A stretch of 56,858 nucleotides of DNA. It comes from Patescibacteria group bacterium. GTDB taxonomy: Bacteria > Patescibacteriota > Microgenomatia > UBA8517. Shown here one piece after another: positions 24,652 to 32,919 of the stretch. The DNA lies in contig JAHJHG010000005.1 in assembly GCA_018823885.1 (NCBI GenBank), positions 1-56,858 on the forward strand, in the 5' to 3' direction. The notes beneath the pieces were generated by a model that saw nothing but the letters and a program-made list of their open reading frames with translations, did no database searches and had not been told where the DNA came from. The translations under genes and the position numbers were made by a program. The first letter of the stretch is position 1. Every line of letters begins with the position of its first letter.

Positions 24652-25356
24652 TTACTTGATGACAGGATTTTTAAACCGTAAGTCGATTATACTCGCCCCA
24701 GACACATTTTCAATTTTAAAATCTTGGCTATCATTATTCAATTTCGAAAGTACAAGCCTCAAAGATCCTAAAAGAACTTCCCTCTCCCCTTCTAGCGGAA
24801 ATATTACCTTAGGACCCTGACTTAATTCAATGACCAAACTTTCATTCTCTATTATTCCCTCCCGAACTTGATAAGAGGAAAACGTACCGTAAAGGATCTC
24901 TAAAGCAAAAGCTACCTTGTCTGATACTTTTTTACCTACATTTGGTGGAGGCTCAATGGTGGTCAAAAAAGGCAACCCCGTTAGATCCTGAAAATAGATA
25001 ACATAACCTTCTTCATCAACTAATGCGTATGAATCCGTACCTTCGGCTTTAATAGCATATTTCGCTTTTCTTTCTAAGAGATTCACCTCAACGATGTTGG
25101 GAAATCGGAAATGAAAAGAGTAATCGCTAACTAAGATATTGCTTGCAAGCGTTCCTTGGAGCTCTCTTTTAACATCGTAGTAGCTTTTCTCCCCGTTTCC
25201 TATCTTGTTAATCGACCCTAAAATGCTTGCGTTACACGGACCAAACTGGCTTTGACAAACAATATTCTTTATTTTTATTTTCTTAGGAACAACAAAAAAC
25301 GAACTTACAAGAAGGACAAAAAGGATAATTCCGAAAAATACTTTTACATATTTCAC
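24652..25356 (-). CDS. ftsQ: FtsQ/DivIB-like cell division protein
   Basis: Single N-terminal TM, POTRA-like region (FP..V.V.L.ER), C-terminal IDLRF; between murG and ftsA. Confidence 0.75.
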   Translation of the reverse strand: MKYVKVFFGIILFVLLVSSFFVVPKKIKIKNIVCQSQFGPCNASILGSINKIGNGEKSYYDVKRELQGTLASNILVSDYSFHFRFPNIVEVNLLERKAKYAIKAEGTDSYALVDEEGYVIYFQDLTGLPFLTTIEPPPNVGKKVSDKVAFALEILYGTFSSYQVREGIIENESLVIELSQGPKVIFPLEGEREVLLGSLRLVLSKLNNDSQDFKIENVSGASIIDLRFKNPVIK

Positions 25357-26478
25357 TTAAACCAATCCTTCCAATATATTAACTAGTTTTTTAGATGCAT
25401 TGATATCTAGACTTTTCTTTTTCCTAACGTTCTTAACAATATCTTCCCAATTACCTTCAACGTCTTTGATCGCATCATATAAGACATTTCCAGAAAGAGT
25501 CTCTTGATTAAGTACTTTTGCCAAACCAAATTTCTCAGCAAATTCAGCGTTTTTAACCTGTTCGTTCTCATATGACCAAGGTATCGGAATAAGAACAGAG
25601 GGTCTTTTTGTCGCCACAATTTCGGATACAGTATTCGCTCCCGCTCGGGCAACAACAATATCCGCTCTCCTATAAACTCCATCTATATCCATCGGGTCAA
25701 GAACCGAATATATTTCATATCTTTCTTTCAAATCATTCGGCAACGAATCTCTTAATTTTTTGATTTTTTCATAATCTAAAAATCCTGTCTGATGAACAAC
25801 CAAATAGTTTTTAAGTAATTTTTCTAAAACATTAAGAACAAATGTGTTTATTGTCTGTGAGCCGCGGGAGCCACCTGTAACAAAAACAGTAGGAGGATTT
25901 CCTATTTTATTTTTAGGTTCTATCTCGGCGATTTGGGTAAGCAAGGGATTACCAACAACTTTACATTTTTTGCATGGAAAGTGTTTTTTACTACCTTCCC
26001 TAGCCAATGCAATTTCCTTAGCAAATCGAGCCGATGATTTGTTGGCTCGCCCTGCAGCAGATGTTTGCTCGTGAATAACAATAGGGATTCTTAGACAAAA
26101 CCCGATAACAACAACTGGAAATGAGGCAGCTCCACCGAAAGACAGTATTATTTTAGGTCTAATTTTAAGAAGCAGGAAAGTTGCGTGAATAAAGCCAATT
26201 GGTATTTTTATAAGTGAAGGTAGTGTCCAAAAAGTTAATTTTCTCTGTATTCTCCCTGAAATTATCTTGTGTGAGCGTATTCCTATTTTTGGAAGGATTT
26301 TGGATTCCAAGGTTGGAATATTCTTCCCCTCTATCGCCGTCTTTGCTCCAATCCAATATATATCCCAACTTTCTCGTCTAATCAGCTCCTCAACGGTGGC
26401 AAGTGCAGTGGTTGCTGCATGGCCACCCGTCAGAACTATTTTATCTTTTTCTTTGTCTTGTTTTTTGTTTATTCTCAT
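25357..26478 (-). CDS. murG: UDP-GlcNAc:lipid I transferase MurG
   Basis: LTGGHA, FGG..SFP, HEQ...GRAN, GNP, TGGSRGS, RAGANTVSE. Confidence 0.95.
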   Translation of the reverse strand: MRINKKQDKEKDKIVLTGGHAATTALATVEELIRRESWDIYWIGAKTAIEGKNIPTLESKILPKIGIRSHKIISGRIQRKLTFWTLPSLIKIPIGFIHATFLLLKIRPKIILSFGGAASFPVVVIGFCLRIPIVIHEQTSAAGRANKSSARFAKEIALAREGSKKHFPCKKCKVVGNPLLTQIAEIEPKNKIGNPPTVFVTGGSRGSQTINTFVLNVLEKLLKNYLVVHQTGFLDYEKIKKLRDSLPNDLKERYEIYSVLDPMDIDGVYRRADIVVARAGANTVSEIVATKRPSVLIPIPWSYENEQVKNAEFAEKFGLAKVLNQETLSGNVLYDAIKDVEGNWEDIVKNVRKKKSLDINASKKLVNILEGLV

Positions 26479-27556
26479 GTTTTGAGATATTTAAAAGTAT
26501 ACCAGTTGCAAGAAGCGTCATCGTCAAAGCAGAACCCCCATAGCTAAAGAAGGGAAGCGGCACACCAGTTAACGGAACTAGAGCAACCATAGATCCAATA
26601 TTTAAAAAGATTTGGGCACCTATCCAAACTATTATGCCTGTGGCCAACACCTTCGAAAACTTATCAGGCGCACCCGTTGCAATCTTTAAGCCACGGAATA
26701 CAAATACCAGGAAAAGAGCTATCAAAACAACACCTCCAATAAAGCCTACTTCTTCAGCAATGACGGCAAAAATTGAATCGGTCGCCGCTTCCGGCAAGAA
26801 AAGAAATTTTTGTCTGGACTGTCCTAGGCCTACGCCAAATATTCCTCCTGAGCCCAAAGCAAGAAGAATTTGTCTTATATGATAAGATTTTCCCAGTGGG
26901 TCTTTTGATTGCTGAAAAAAAGTCATTAATCTATCTCGCCGGTAGCCAGATGTCATGATTAATATAAAGCTGGCAAGAGCCCCTGTTACTAACGCACCGG
27001 TAAAATGTAGCAAGTTAACTCCCGCTACAAAAACTTGAGCCATTCCTGCTGCGGCTACCACCAGGGTTGTTCCTAAATCGGGTTGAAACATAATAAGTCC
27101 GGCTACAATTGCGATTGGCAAAAAATACGAGAGAGATCCTTTTTCACTCGCAGCTACCTTAGCAATATAGATAGATAAGGCCAGCTTGACAAACTCCGAG
27201 GGTTGAAAAGAGACTGATCCAAGAATAATCCACCTTCTTGCACCCATAACTTTTACTCCTATACCCGGTATCAGAACAAGTATTAAAAGCAATATGCTGG
27301 CAATGAAAAGAGGCGTAGCGATCTTTTCCCAAAAAGAATAGCGAATTTTAGAGGTAACCAATAAAGCACCAAGACCAATTAATCCCCACACTGCCTGTTG
27401 TTTGACGTAGTAGAACCTATCAGAAAAATTACTCAAGGCTGCCGGTGAAGAAGCGTCGGCGACAACTATTAGCCCCAAAGCCGTCAAAACAAGGGTTAAT
27501 ATAAAAAGTTTCCTATCAGCCACATTGTTTTGTTTTTTAAGTTTCAGTTTTTGCAC
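26441..27556 (-). CDS. ftsW: Cell division SEDS protein FtsW
   Basis: GARRWI..G..SFQPSEF, QPDLGT, ALGSGGIFGVGLGQSRQK..FLPEA.TDSIF, FFSYGGS. Confidence 0.95.
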   Translation of the reverse strand: MQKLKLKKQNNVADRKLFILTLVLTALGLIVVADASSPAALSNFSDRFYYVKQQAVWGLIGLGALLVTSKIRYSFWEKIATPLFIASILLLILVLIPGIGVKVMGARRWIILGSVSFQPSEFVKLALSIYIAKVAASEKGSLSYFLPIAIVAGLIMFQPDLGTTLVVAAAGMAQVFVAGVNLLHFTGALVTGALASFILIMTSGYRRDRLMTFFQQSKDPLGKSYHIRQILLALGSGGIFGVGLGQSRQKFLFLPEAATDSIFAVIAEEVGFIGGVVLIALFLVFVFRGLKIATGAPDKFSKVLATGIIVWIGAQIFLNIGSMVALVPLTGVPLPFFSYGGSALTMTLLATGILLNISKHENKQKTRQRKR

Positions 27557-27568
27557 AAAGAGAAGTTT

Positions 27569-28624
27569 TTAAATCGTTGCCAGCCATAAACCAAAGATTG
27601 CAAGCATTATTCCAGCGAGCCATGCACGCATTACTATTTTCGGTTCCTCCCAACCTTGAGCCAAAAATGTATGGTGAATTGGGGCAAGTGGGAAAATAGG
27701 TTTATTAAGAAACTTCCAACCTAAAATCTGAACCGCTGAGGAAACAATCTCAATAAGAAATATCGCTCCGATAATCAAAAGAGCAAAGACACTTCCAGTT
27801 ACAAGTCCTATTACGGCTATCGTAGCACCAAAAGATAAGGCGCCAGCGTCTCCCAGGAAAATTCTTGCAGGCCAAACATTGAAATATAGAAAAGCCATCA
27901 AAGATCCTAACCATATGGTTATAAACAAGGAAAGAGGTACATCTAAGCTTGCTGCAGCAAGAGTGCCAAAGGCAATAAGAAATATCATTAGCAGTCCACT
28001 AGCAAGCCCGTCTAGCCCATCTGTAATATTGTAGGCGTTGGTAAAAGTAACAATAAGGGTGGCCGCGAATGGAACATACCAAAAACCAAGATCCAGTGTT
28101 TTATTAAATAATGGAATGTGAAGAATATGAATACCTAACTTATTATAAAGAAAGTAACCCACGAAAATAGCCAAAATCCATTGAGCTATAAATTTTTGCT
28201 TACGAGTTATACCAAACCACATACCCAACCTTCCCTTTCTGGGCTTACCGAACATCTTGACTATATCATCTGTTAAACCTAACAAGCCAAATGAAAGGAA
28301 GGTGAAAAATACCACAAACAATTCATCACGTAAACCAAATGAGCTTTGTATATAAACCCCCATATAAGTAATAATGGGAAATATTGCAGCAAAAAGAGCC
28401 GTAACTACGGCGATTATCAATATTCCGCCACCAACAGGCGTTCCTGCTTTGCCATCATGTAGCCTATCGAAAAGAGAAGTTTTCCCATTTTTTGAAGCCT
28501 GTTTGCGTCTTGTCAGTTTTAGCCTATAAAGAAGATCGATAAAGGGAACAACCAAAACACTTGTAATCAAGAAGGAGAAAATTATAAGTCCTAAAGCTAA
28601 GGGCAAGGTGCTTGATGTACTCAT
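27569..28624 (-). CDS. mraY: Phospho-N-acetylmuramoyl-pentapeptide transferase (start moved to ATG 28624)
   Basis: K.GTP.GGG, GL.DD..K, NAYNITDGLDGL, FLGDAGAL, APIHHTF...GW.E.KIV. Confidence 0.95.
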   Translation of the reverse strand: MSTSSTLPLALGLIIFSFLITSVLVVPFIDLLYRLKLTRRKQASKNGKTSLFDRLHDGKAGTPVGGGILIIAVVTALFAAIFPIITYMGVYIQSSFGLRDELFVVFFTFLSFGLLGLTDDIVKMFGKPRKGRLGMWFGITRKQKFIAQWILAIFVGYFLYNKLGIHILHIPLFNKTLDLGFWYVPFAATLIVTFTNAYNITDGLDGLASGLLMIFLIAFGTLAAASLDVPLSLFITIWLGSLMAFLYFNVWPARIFLGDAGALSFGATIAVIGLVTGSVFALLIIGAIFLIEIVSSAVQILGWKFLNKPIFPLAPIHHTFLAQGWEEPKIVMRAWLAGIMLAIFGLWLATI

Positions 28625-28646
28625 ATTAAGGGATAAACCCCCTCTG

Positions 28647-28675
28647 ATTATAAAACACAGGCTCAACTAGAGCAA
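28647..28675 (-). promoter_or_regulatory. Internal promoter upstream of mraY (TTGCTC-N17-TATAAT)
   Basis: -10 at 28647-28652, -35 at 28670-28675, in the intergenic gap after murF. Confidence 0.55.
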
Positions 28676-28723
28676 GGCGTGAAAATTACAATATTTATTA
28701 AGGATGTCGTTATCGCCTAATTA

Positions 28724-29986
28724 TTATTTTGTTAATCTCTCTACAATTTCTTCCATGGCGAGTGATCTGGAGCCCTTAATTAGTATTATGTCTTTCGCTT
28801 TTATCGTTGCTGTCATTTTTGTCAAAAGTTCTGTCTTGTCTTTTGCTAGATAAGTACATTCTTTTCCTAATCCTGCCTTTCGGGCTTCATCAACTACATA
28901 ACGCGTTGCTGATCCCAAGGTAATAATGCAATCAACACCTTCTTTAACAGCAAATTTGCCAACCTCTCTGTGACCCTCTTCTTCATACCTCCCTAATTCT
29001 TTCATCTCACCAAGAACTAATATTTTTCGACGTTTCTTGCCAATACTGGACATTAGACGTATTGCCTCTCTCACGGCAATTGGATTTGCATTGTATGTAT
29101 CATCAATCACGATCGTATCGTTTTTTAATCTTGAAGGAGTCATTCTGTGAGGTTGCGCTTTTATTTTCTCTAGCCCTTTCTTAATTTGTTTGGTGTTTAG
29201 ACCATTAATGTGCCCCACTGCTGCTGCGGCTAGGGCCAATGAAACAAACTGCTGTCCCAAAAGAGGAAGGACTATCTCCTGCATTTCATTTCCGGTTTCC
29301 AAAATAAATTTCGTTTTAAAATCTTTTGTAATACTTATATTTTTTCCTCTTATTTGCGCTCGTGAGTCTAATCCATACCAAACAATTTCTGCTTTTGTTG
29401 TATCTTTTAATTTAGCCGATTGGGGATCGTCAATATTCAAAACTGCACACCCATTTTTCGGCAAAGATTTAATTAATTTGCCTTTTTCCTTTACAACATT
29501 ATCCAGACTTCCCAAAAACTCTGTGTGTGTCCAGTAGATAGTAGTTATTACTCCTACCTTGGGTTGTACCAACCAAAGGTAATAATCCATTTCGCCGAGA
29601 AATTCTATTCCCATTTCTAAAACAAGTTTCTTGGTTCTTGAACCAGTAGACAAAACTGTAGCAGGAATATTATAAATAGGGTCTATATTTCCAAAGGTCC
29701 AGGCAGTTGTGTATTTTTGTAAAAGTACTGAAGCTATCATGTTCTTTGTTGTCGTCTTGCCCACACTGCCAGCAACTCCAATAATTTCGCATCCTGATTT
29801 GATAAGCAACTTAGAATATTCATGAGCCAAATGTCTTTTAATAGGATGGATGATCCACCTACCTAAGTACAAACGCATCGTTGTAAAAAGTCCTGAAGAC
29901 TTTTTCCCCGATGTTATAAATACGTGCTCCTTAGGAAGATGCGGTGCAACCCACCATTGTACAATTGGATATATTTTATTGCCCAT
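28724..29986 (-). CDS. murF: UDP-MurNAc-tripeptide--D-Ala-D-Ala ligase (start moved to ATG 29986, overlapping the upstream stop)
   Basis: GVAGSVGKTTTK P-loop, VLEMG, H.EFLGS, DDTYNANP, LVLGEMKELG, IKGSRSL.ME. Confidence 0.92.
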   Translation of the reverse strand: MGNKIYPIVQWWVAPHLPKEHVFITSGKKSSGLFTTMRLYLGRWIIHPIKRHLAHEYSKLLIKSGCEIIGVAGSVGKTTTKNMIASVLLQKYTTAWTFGNIDPIYNIPATVLSTGSRTKKLVLEMGIEFLGEMDYYLWLVQPKVGVITTIYWTHTEFLGSLDNVVKEKGKLIKSLPKNGCAVLNIDDPQSAKLKDTTKAEIVWYGLDSRAQIRGKNISITKDFKTKFILETGNEMQEIVLPLLGQQFVSLALAAAAVGHINGLNTKQIKKGLEKIKAQPHRMTPSRLKNDTIVIDDTYNANPIAVREAIRLMSSIGKKRRKILVLGEMKELGRYEEEGHREVGKFAVKEGVDCIITLGSATRYVVDEARKAGLGKECTYLAKDKTELLTKMTATIKAKDIILIKGSRSLAMEEIVERLTK

Positions 29987-30647
29987 GATTAAGAACCGTT
30001 GGCTTGGCACATACGTGATAACAAGAATCATATTCGAGAACTGCTTCATCCACAACTTTATAGCTCTTTTCCCAAATTACCTGACATTTTCCTTCTTTCT
30101 CTAACTCCTCAAGCACTTCCTTTAAAATTAATATGTACCTTTCATCAAATATTCCATCACCCCTTTTAACTGAAACTCTTTCGCTACCCTTATAGTAGCC
30201 ATTGGGGTCAAAATCAATAGCTGCACCAGCTTGATGCGCACTTCTTGTGGAAGCATTTGCCCCATTTCTCAATAACTCTTCTTGTAGCTTTCGAGAGCGA
30301 TATAGTGAGGTAACCGAAAGAAAAATAACGTCGTGAGTAGGAATATTAATTAATTTATCTTTCCATTTTTGACCGACTAATCCCAGAAGGTCTAAAGCTT
30401 GGGAATTTAATAATTTTGGTTCCTTATTGTTTCTTAAGGTCATAATCAATCGATATCCTGTTCCTTCTTGGGGTACTTCTTTTAATATCCCTTTTTGTAA
30501 AGCTTCTGGCACATCCTCTATCAATCTATCTTCCCACCACGACAACTCATCTCTGCATTTCTCTTGAACTCTTAGCCGCTCATCTTTTCGTAGCCCGTCA
30601 AGTTCTATGTTTATATTGGGAGTGCTTCGTTGTATTTCTGTATCCAT
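29976..30647 (-). CDS. DUF5715-like / peptidase M15-clan Zn-peptidase-like protein
   Basis: VTSLYRS...NGANA..RSAHQAGAAIDF...CYHV fits the S-x-H-x6-D...H Zn-ligand pattern of M15-type enzymes; no signal peptide. Confidence 0.7.
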   Translation of the reverse strand: MDTEIQRSTPNINIELDGLRKDERLRVQEKCRDELSWWEDRLIEDVPEALQKGILKEVPQEGTGYRLIMTLRNNKEPKLLNSQALDLLGLVGQKWKDKLINIPTHDVIFLSVTSLYRSRKLQEELLRNGANASTRSAHQAGAAIDFDPNGYYKGSERVSVKRGDGIFDERYILILKEVLEELEKEGKCQVIWEKSYKVVDEAVLEYDSCYHVCAKPTVLNHGQ

Positions 30648-30651
30648 ATGG

Positions 30652-31356
30652 TTATTTTTTCTTCAACGAAATAATTCTGCGAGTCGAAAGATTCTTAAAA
30701 TCATTTTTACTAATATACTTACCCTCACCCGCATCCTCAAAATCATTTGAGTCATGAATCCAAAAACCACTAAGTTCTTTTTTACTATTCATTTTAAATC
30801 CGTACATTAAAAGAAAGTGTCCTCCTGTTAAACTCTCTGTCGAGGCCAAAACATATGACCCTTTTGAAATTATAAGTGCAATTTCTGAAGCTGGTACGAA
30901 TTTCTTTAACTCCGCTTTCAGTTTATATTTCTCTGCTAATTTTGCAATACTTTTGTGAAACCAGCCAGTATCTATTTTTGTATCATACCCTCCTAACTCA
31001 TAACCTTCTTTTATCAATTCTATTGTCTTGTGGTCGAAACTATTTCCATGAACGGTTTTGAGAACCATCTGTAAGCCAACGATACCACATGCTCTCCAGG
31101 CCCAATAACTGAATTCTTTTAAATCTTTTGTTCCGAATCGATACGCCGCATCTTTATCCTTTATTGCACCATAAAAACCATCAATCGATGATTTTTTGGC
31201 ACTTGCTAGTTGGCTTATATAAAATGGCTTCTTGTGAACAAAATAGCTCCCAACCTCTAAAGACTTTAGTTTTCGAGCCACAACTTGTTCACGAACTTCA
31301 GCCACTCTCTTTCCCAATGCTTCGTAAAGTAAACTTTTTATATCCTGTCGTTTCAT
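30652..31356 (-). CDS. Papain-like cysteine peptidase (C39-like)
   Basis: Catalytic-triad-like pattern RACGIVGLQM (Cys), GGHFLLMYG (His), WIHDS (Asp); no signal peptide. Confidence 0.75.
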   Translation of the reverse strand: MKRQDIKSLLYEALGKRVAEVREQVVARKLKSLEVGSYFVHKKPFYISQLASAKKSSIDGFYGAIKDKDAAYRFGTKDLKEFSYWAWRACGIVGLQMVLKTVHGNSFDHKTIELIKEGYELGGYDTKIDTGWFHKSIAKLAEKYKLKAELKKFVPASEIALIISKGSYVLASTESLTGGHFLLMYGFKMNSKKELSGFWIHDSNDFEDAGEGKYISKNDFKNLSTRRIISLKKK

Positions 31357-32573
31357 TAATCTAAATTATCTGTCAATTTTCTAGCTTTACCCATTAAAGC
31401 AAAGAGAACAGCTTCCCGGTCAGACCAAGGATACTCCTTTCCATTATAAGCCATACTTTTTTCGTGTCCCTTACCACATATAACAACCGTGTCTCCTCTT
31501 CTTGCCGTTTTTTCTATAGAAAGCAATATTGCCTTGCCACGTTCTGGTTCTTTAATAATTTTGCTCCTTTTTTGTTTACTTATATCATCAGTACCATTAA
31601 TAATTTGCTCTATTATGTCGTTTATGTTTTCATTTCGAGGATCCTCGGCAGTAATAATAGAAATATCAGCTAGTCTAGCAGCAATCTTTCCCATTAAGTA
31701 CCTTTTCTCAATATCCCGTTCGCCGGCACAACCAAAAACAACAATTAATTTCGAATTGCCCTTTTTCCTATTCAGGGTCTCTAATACATTTTCTAAAGCA
31801 TTTGGTGTGTGAGCAAAATCAATATATATTTTAATTCCTTTCTTGTTTTTTATTTCTTCCATTCGTCCAGGAATACCAGAAAAATCCTTTATTCCTTTAA
31901 TAATTCTCTCGTTGTCTATATTTAACTCTTTGGCTGCTAAAATTGAGGCCGTTGCATTAAGCCTGTTGTAATTTTCAGCAAATTTATTTCTAATTGCCTT
32001 ACCTAAGTCTTTTTTAAGAGTTTTTTCACTGTATGAAACGACTTTTGTCCCCGAATTAAGTATTTTTTTAATATGTATATATGAAGAATCACTCTTATTG
32101 AGAATCGCTACATCTACGTTTCTAAACATTTTTGCCTTTGTGTTTAAATATTTCGCATATGTTTTATGATAATCCAAATGTTCGTGGGTGATATTGGTAA
32201 GAACAGCAATGAAAACGTTTGTTCCTAATAACCGGTGTTGATCTAAGCCATGTGACGTTGCTTCTAAAACTAGATATTTATACCCTTCGTCTGCAATTTT
32301 TTTTATCAATTTTTGTAAATGCCATGAGTCGGGGGTGGTTACATGCAAACCGGTATCAATTTCTTTTTCTCCAACATAAGCAGCCACCGTACTCACGAGA
32401 GCAACCTTCTTTTTAGCCGCTAGCAATAAATAATAAATCAATGTGGAAGTTGTTGTTTTTCCGTCTGTGCCAGTAACCCCAATCACTTTCAGCTTTCTTG
32501 CTGGATATCGGAAATATATAATCGCCAACACTGCCTTCAGAAAATGAAGTTTATTCTTTATAAAAGGTATCAC
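31356..32573 (-). CDS. murE: UDP-MurNAc-dipeptide--diamino acid ligase
   Basis: GVTGTDGKTTT, TTPD, LEATSHGLDQ.R, NITHEHLDYH, GRME, DFAHTP, FGCAGERD..KR, AEDPR, GKGHE. Confidence 0.95.
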   Translation of the reverse strand: MIPFIKNKLHFLKAVLAIIYFRYPARKLKVIGVTGTDGKTTTSTLIYYLLLAAKKKVALVSTVAAYVGEKEIDTGLHVTTPDSWHLQKLIKKIADEGYKYLVLEATSHGLDQHRLLGTNVFIAVLTNITHEHLDYHKTYAKYLNTKAKMFRNVDVAILNKSDSSYIHIKKILNSGTKVVSYSEKTLKKDLGKAIRNKFAENYNRLNATASILAAKELNIDNERIIKGIKDFSGIPGRMEEIKNKKGIKIYIDFAHTPNALENVLETLNRKKGNSKLIVVFGCAGERDIEKRYLMGKIAARLADISIITAEDPRNENINDIIEQIINGTDDISKQKRSKIIKEPERGKAILLSIEKTARRGDTVVICGKGHEKSMAYNGKEYPWSDREAVLFALMGKARKLTDNLD

Positions 32574-32629
32574 CTATGTATTTTACCAGATTTGAATTCT
32601 TTTTAGGCTATCCTGTATAATCGTTCCAT

Positions 32630-32911
32630 ATGTCAGCCGAAATGAAGTTTAATGGTATTCCTGAGAAATTTCAGCCACTTTTTACTGGCTCCGCCAGAGA
32701 TGTATTATTTTTCGCTAATAATATGATTTCTGCTGCTTCCGAAGACGAACAAATAATTCTTTTAGAAGACGATATATTTTGTGGAGCTGTAAGTAGTGCC
32801 TTGCATAACCTGGACCAGAGAAGTCCAGAGGCTAGGGTAGAAATCACAGCTTCATTTCACAAAAGGGTTCAGCCTTTTGCATTTAAAACATTTATTGGAC
32901 GCTCCAATTAA
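32630..32911 (+). CDS. Small hypothetical protein, divergent from murE
   Basis: 93 aa ORF filling the ftsI-murE gap; TATAAT 8 nt before the ATG. Confidence 0.65.
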   Translation: MSAEMKFNGIPEKFQPLFTGSARDVLFFANNMISAASEDEQIILLEDDIFCGAVSSALHNLDQRSPEARVEITASFHKRVQPFAFKTFIGRSN

Positions 32912-32919
32912 CGCCCCTC

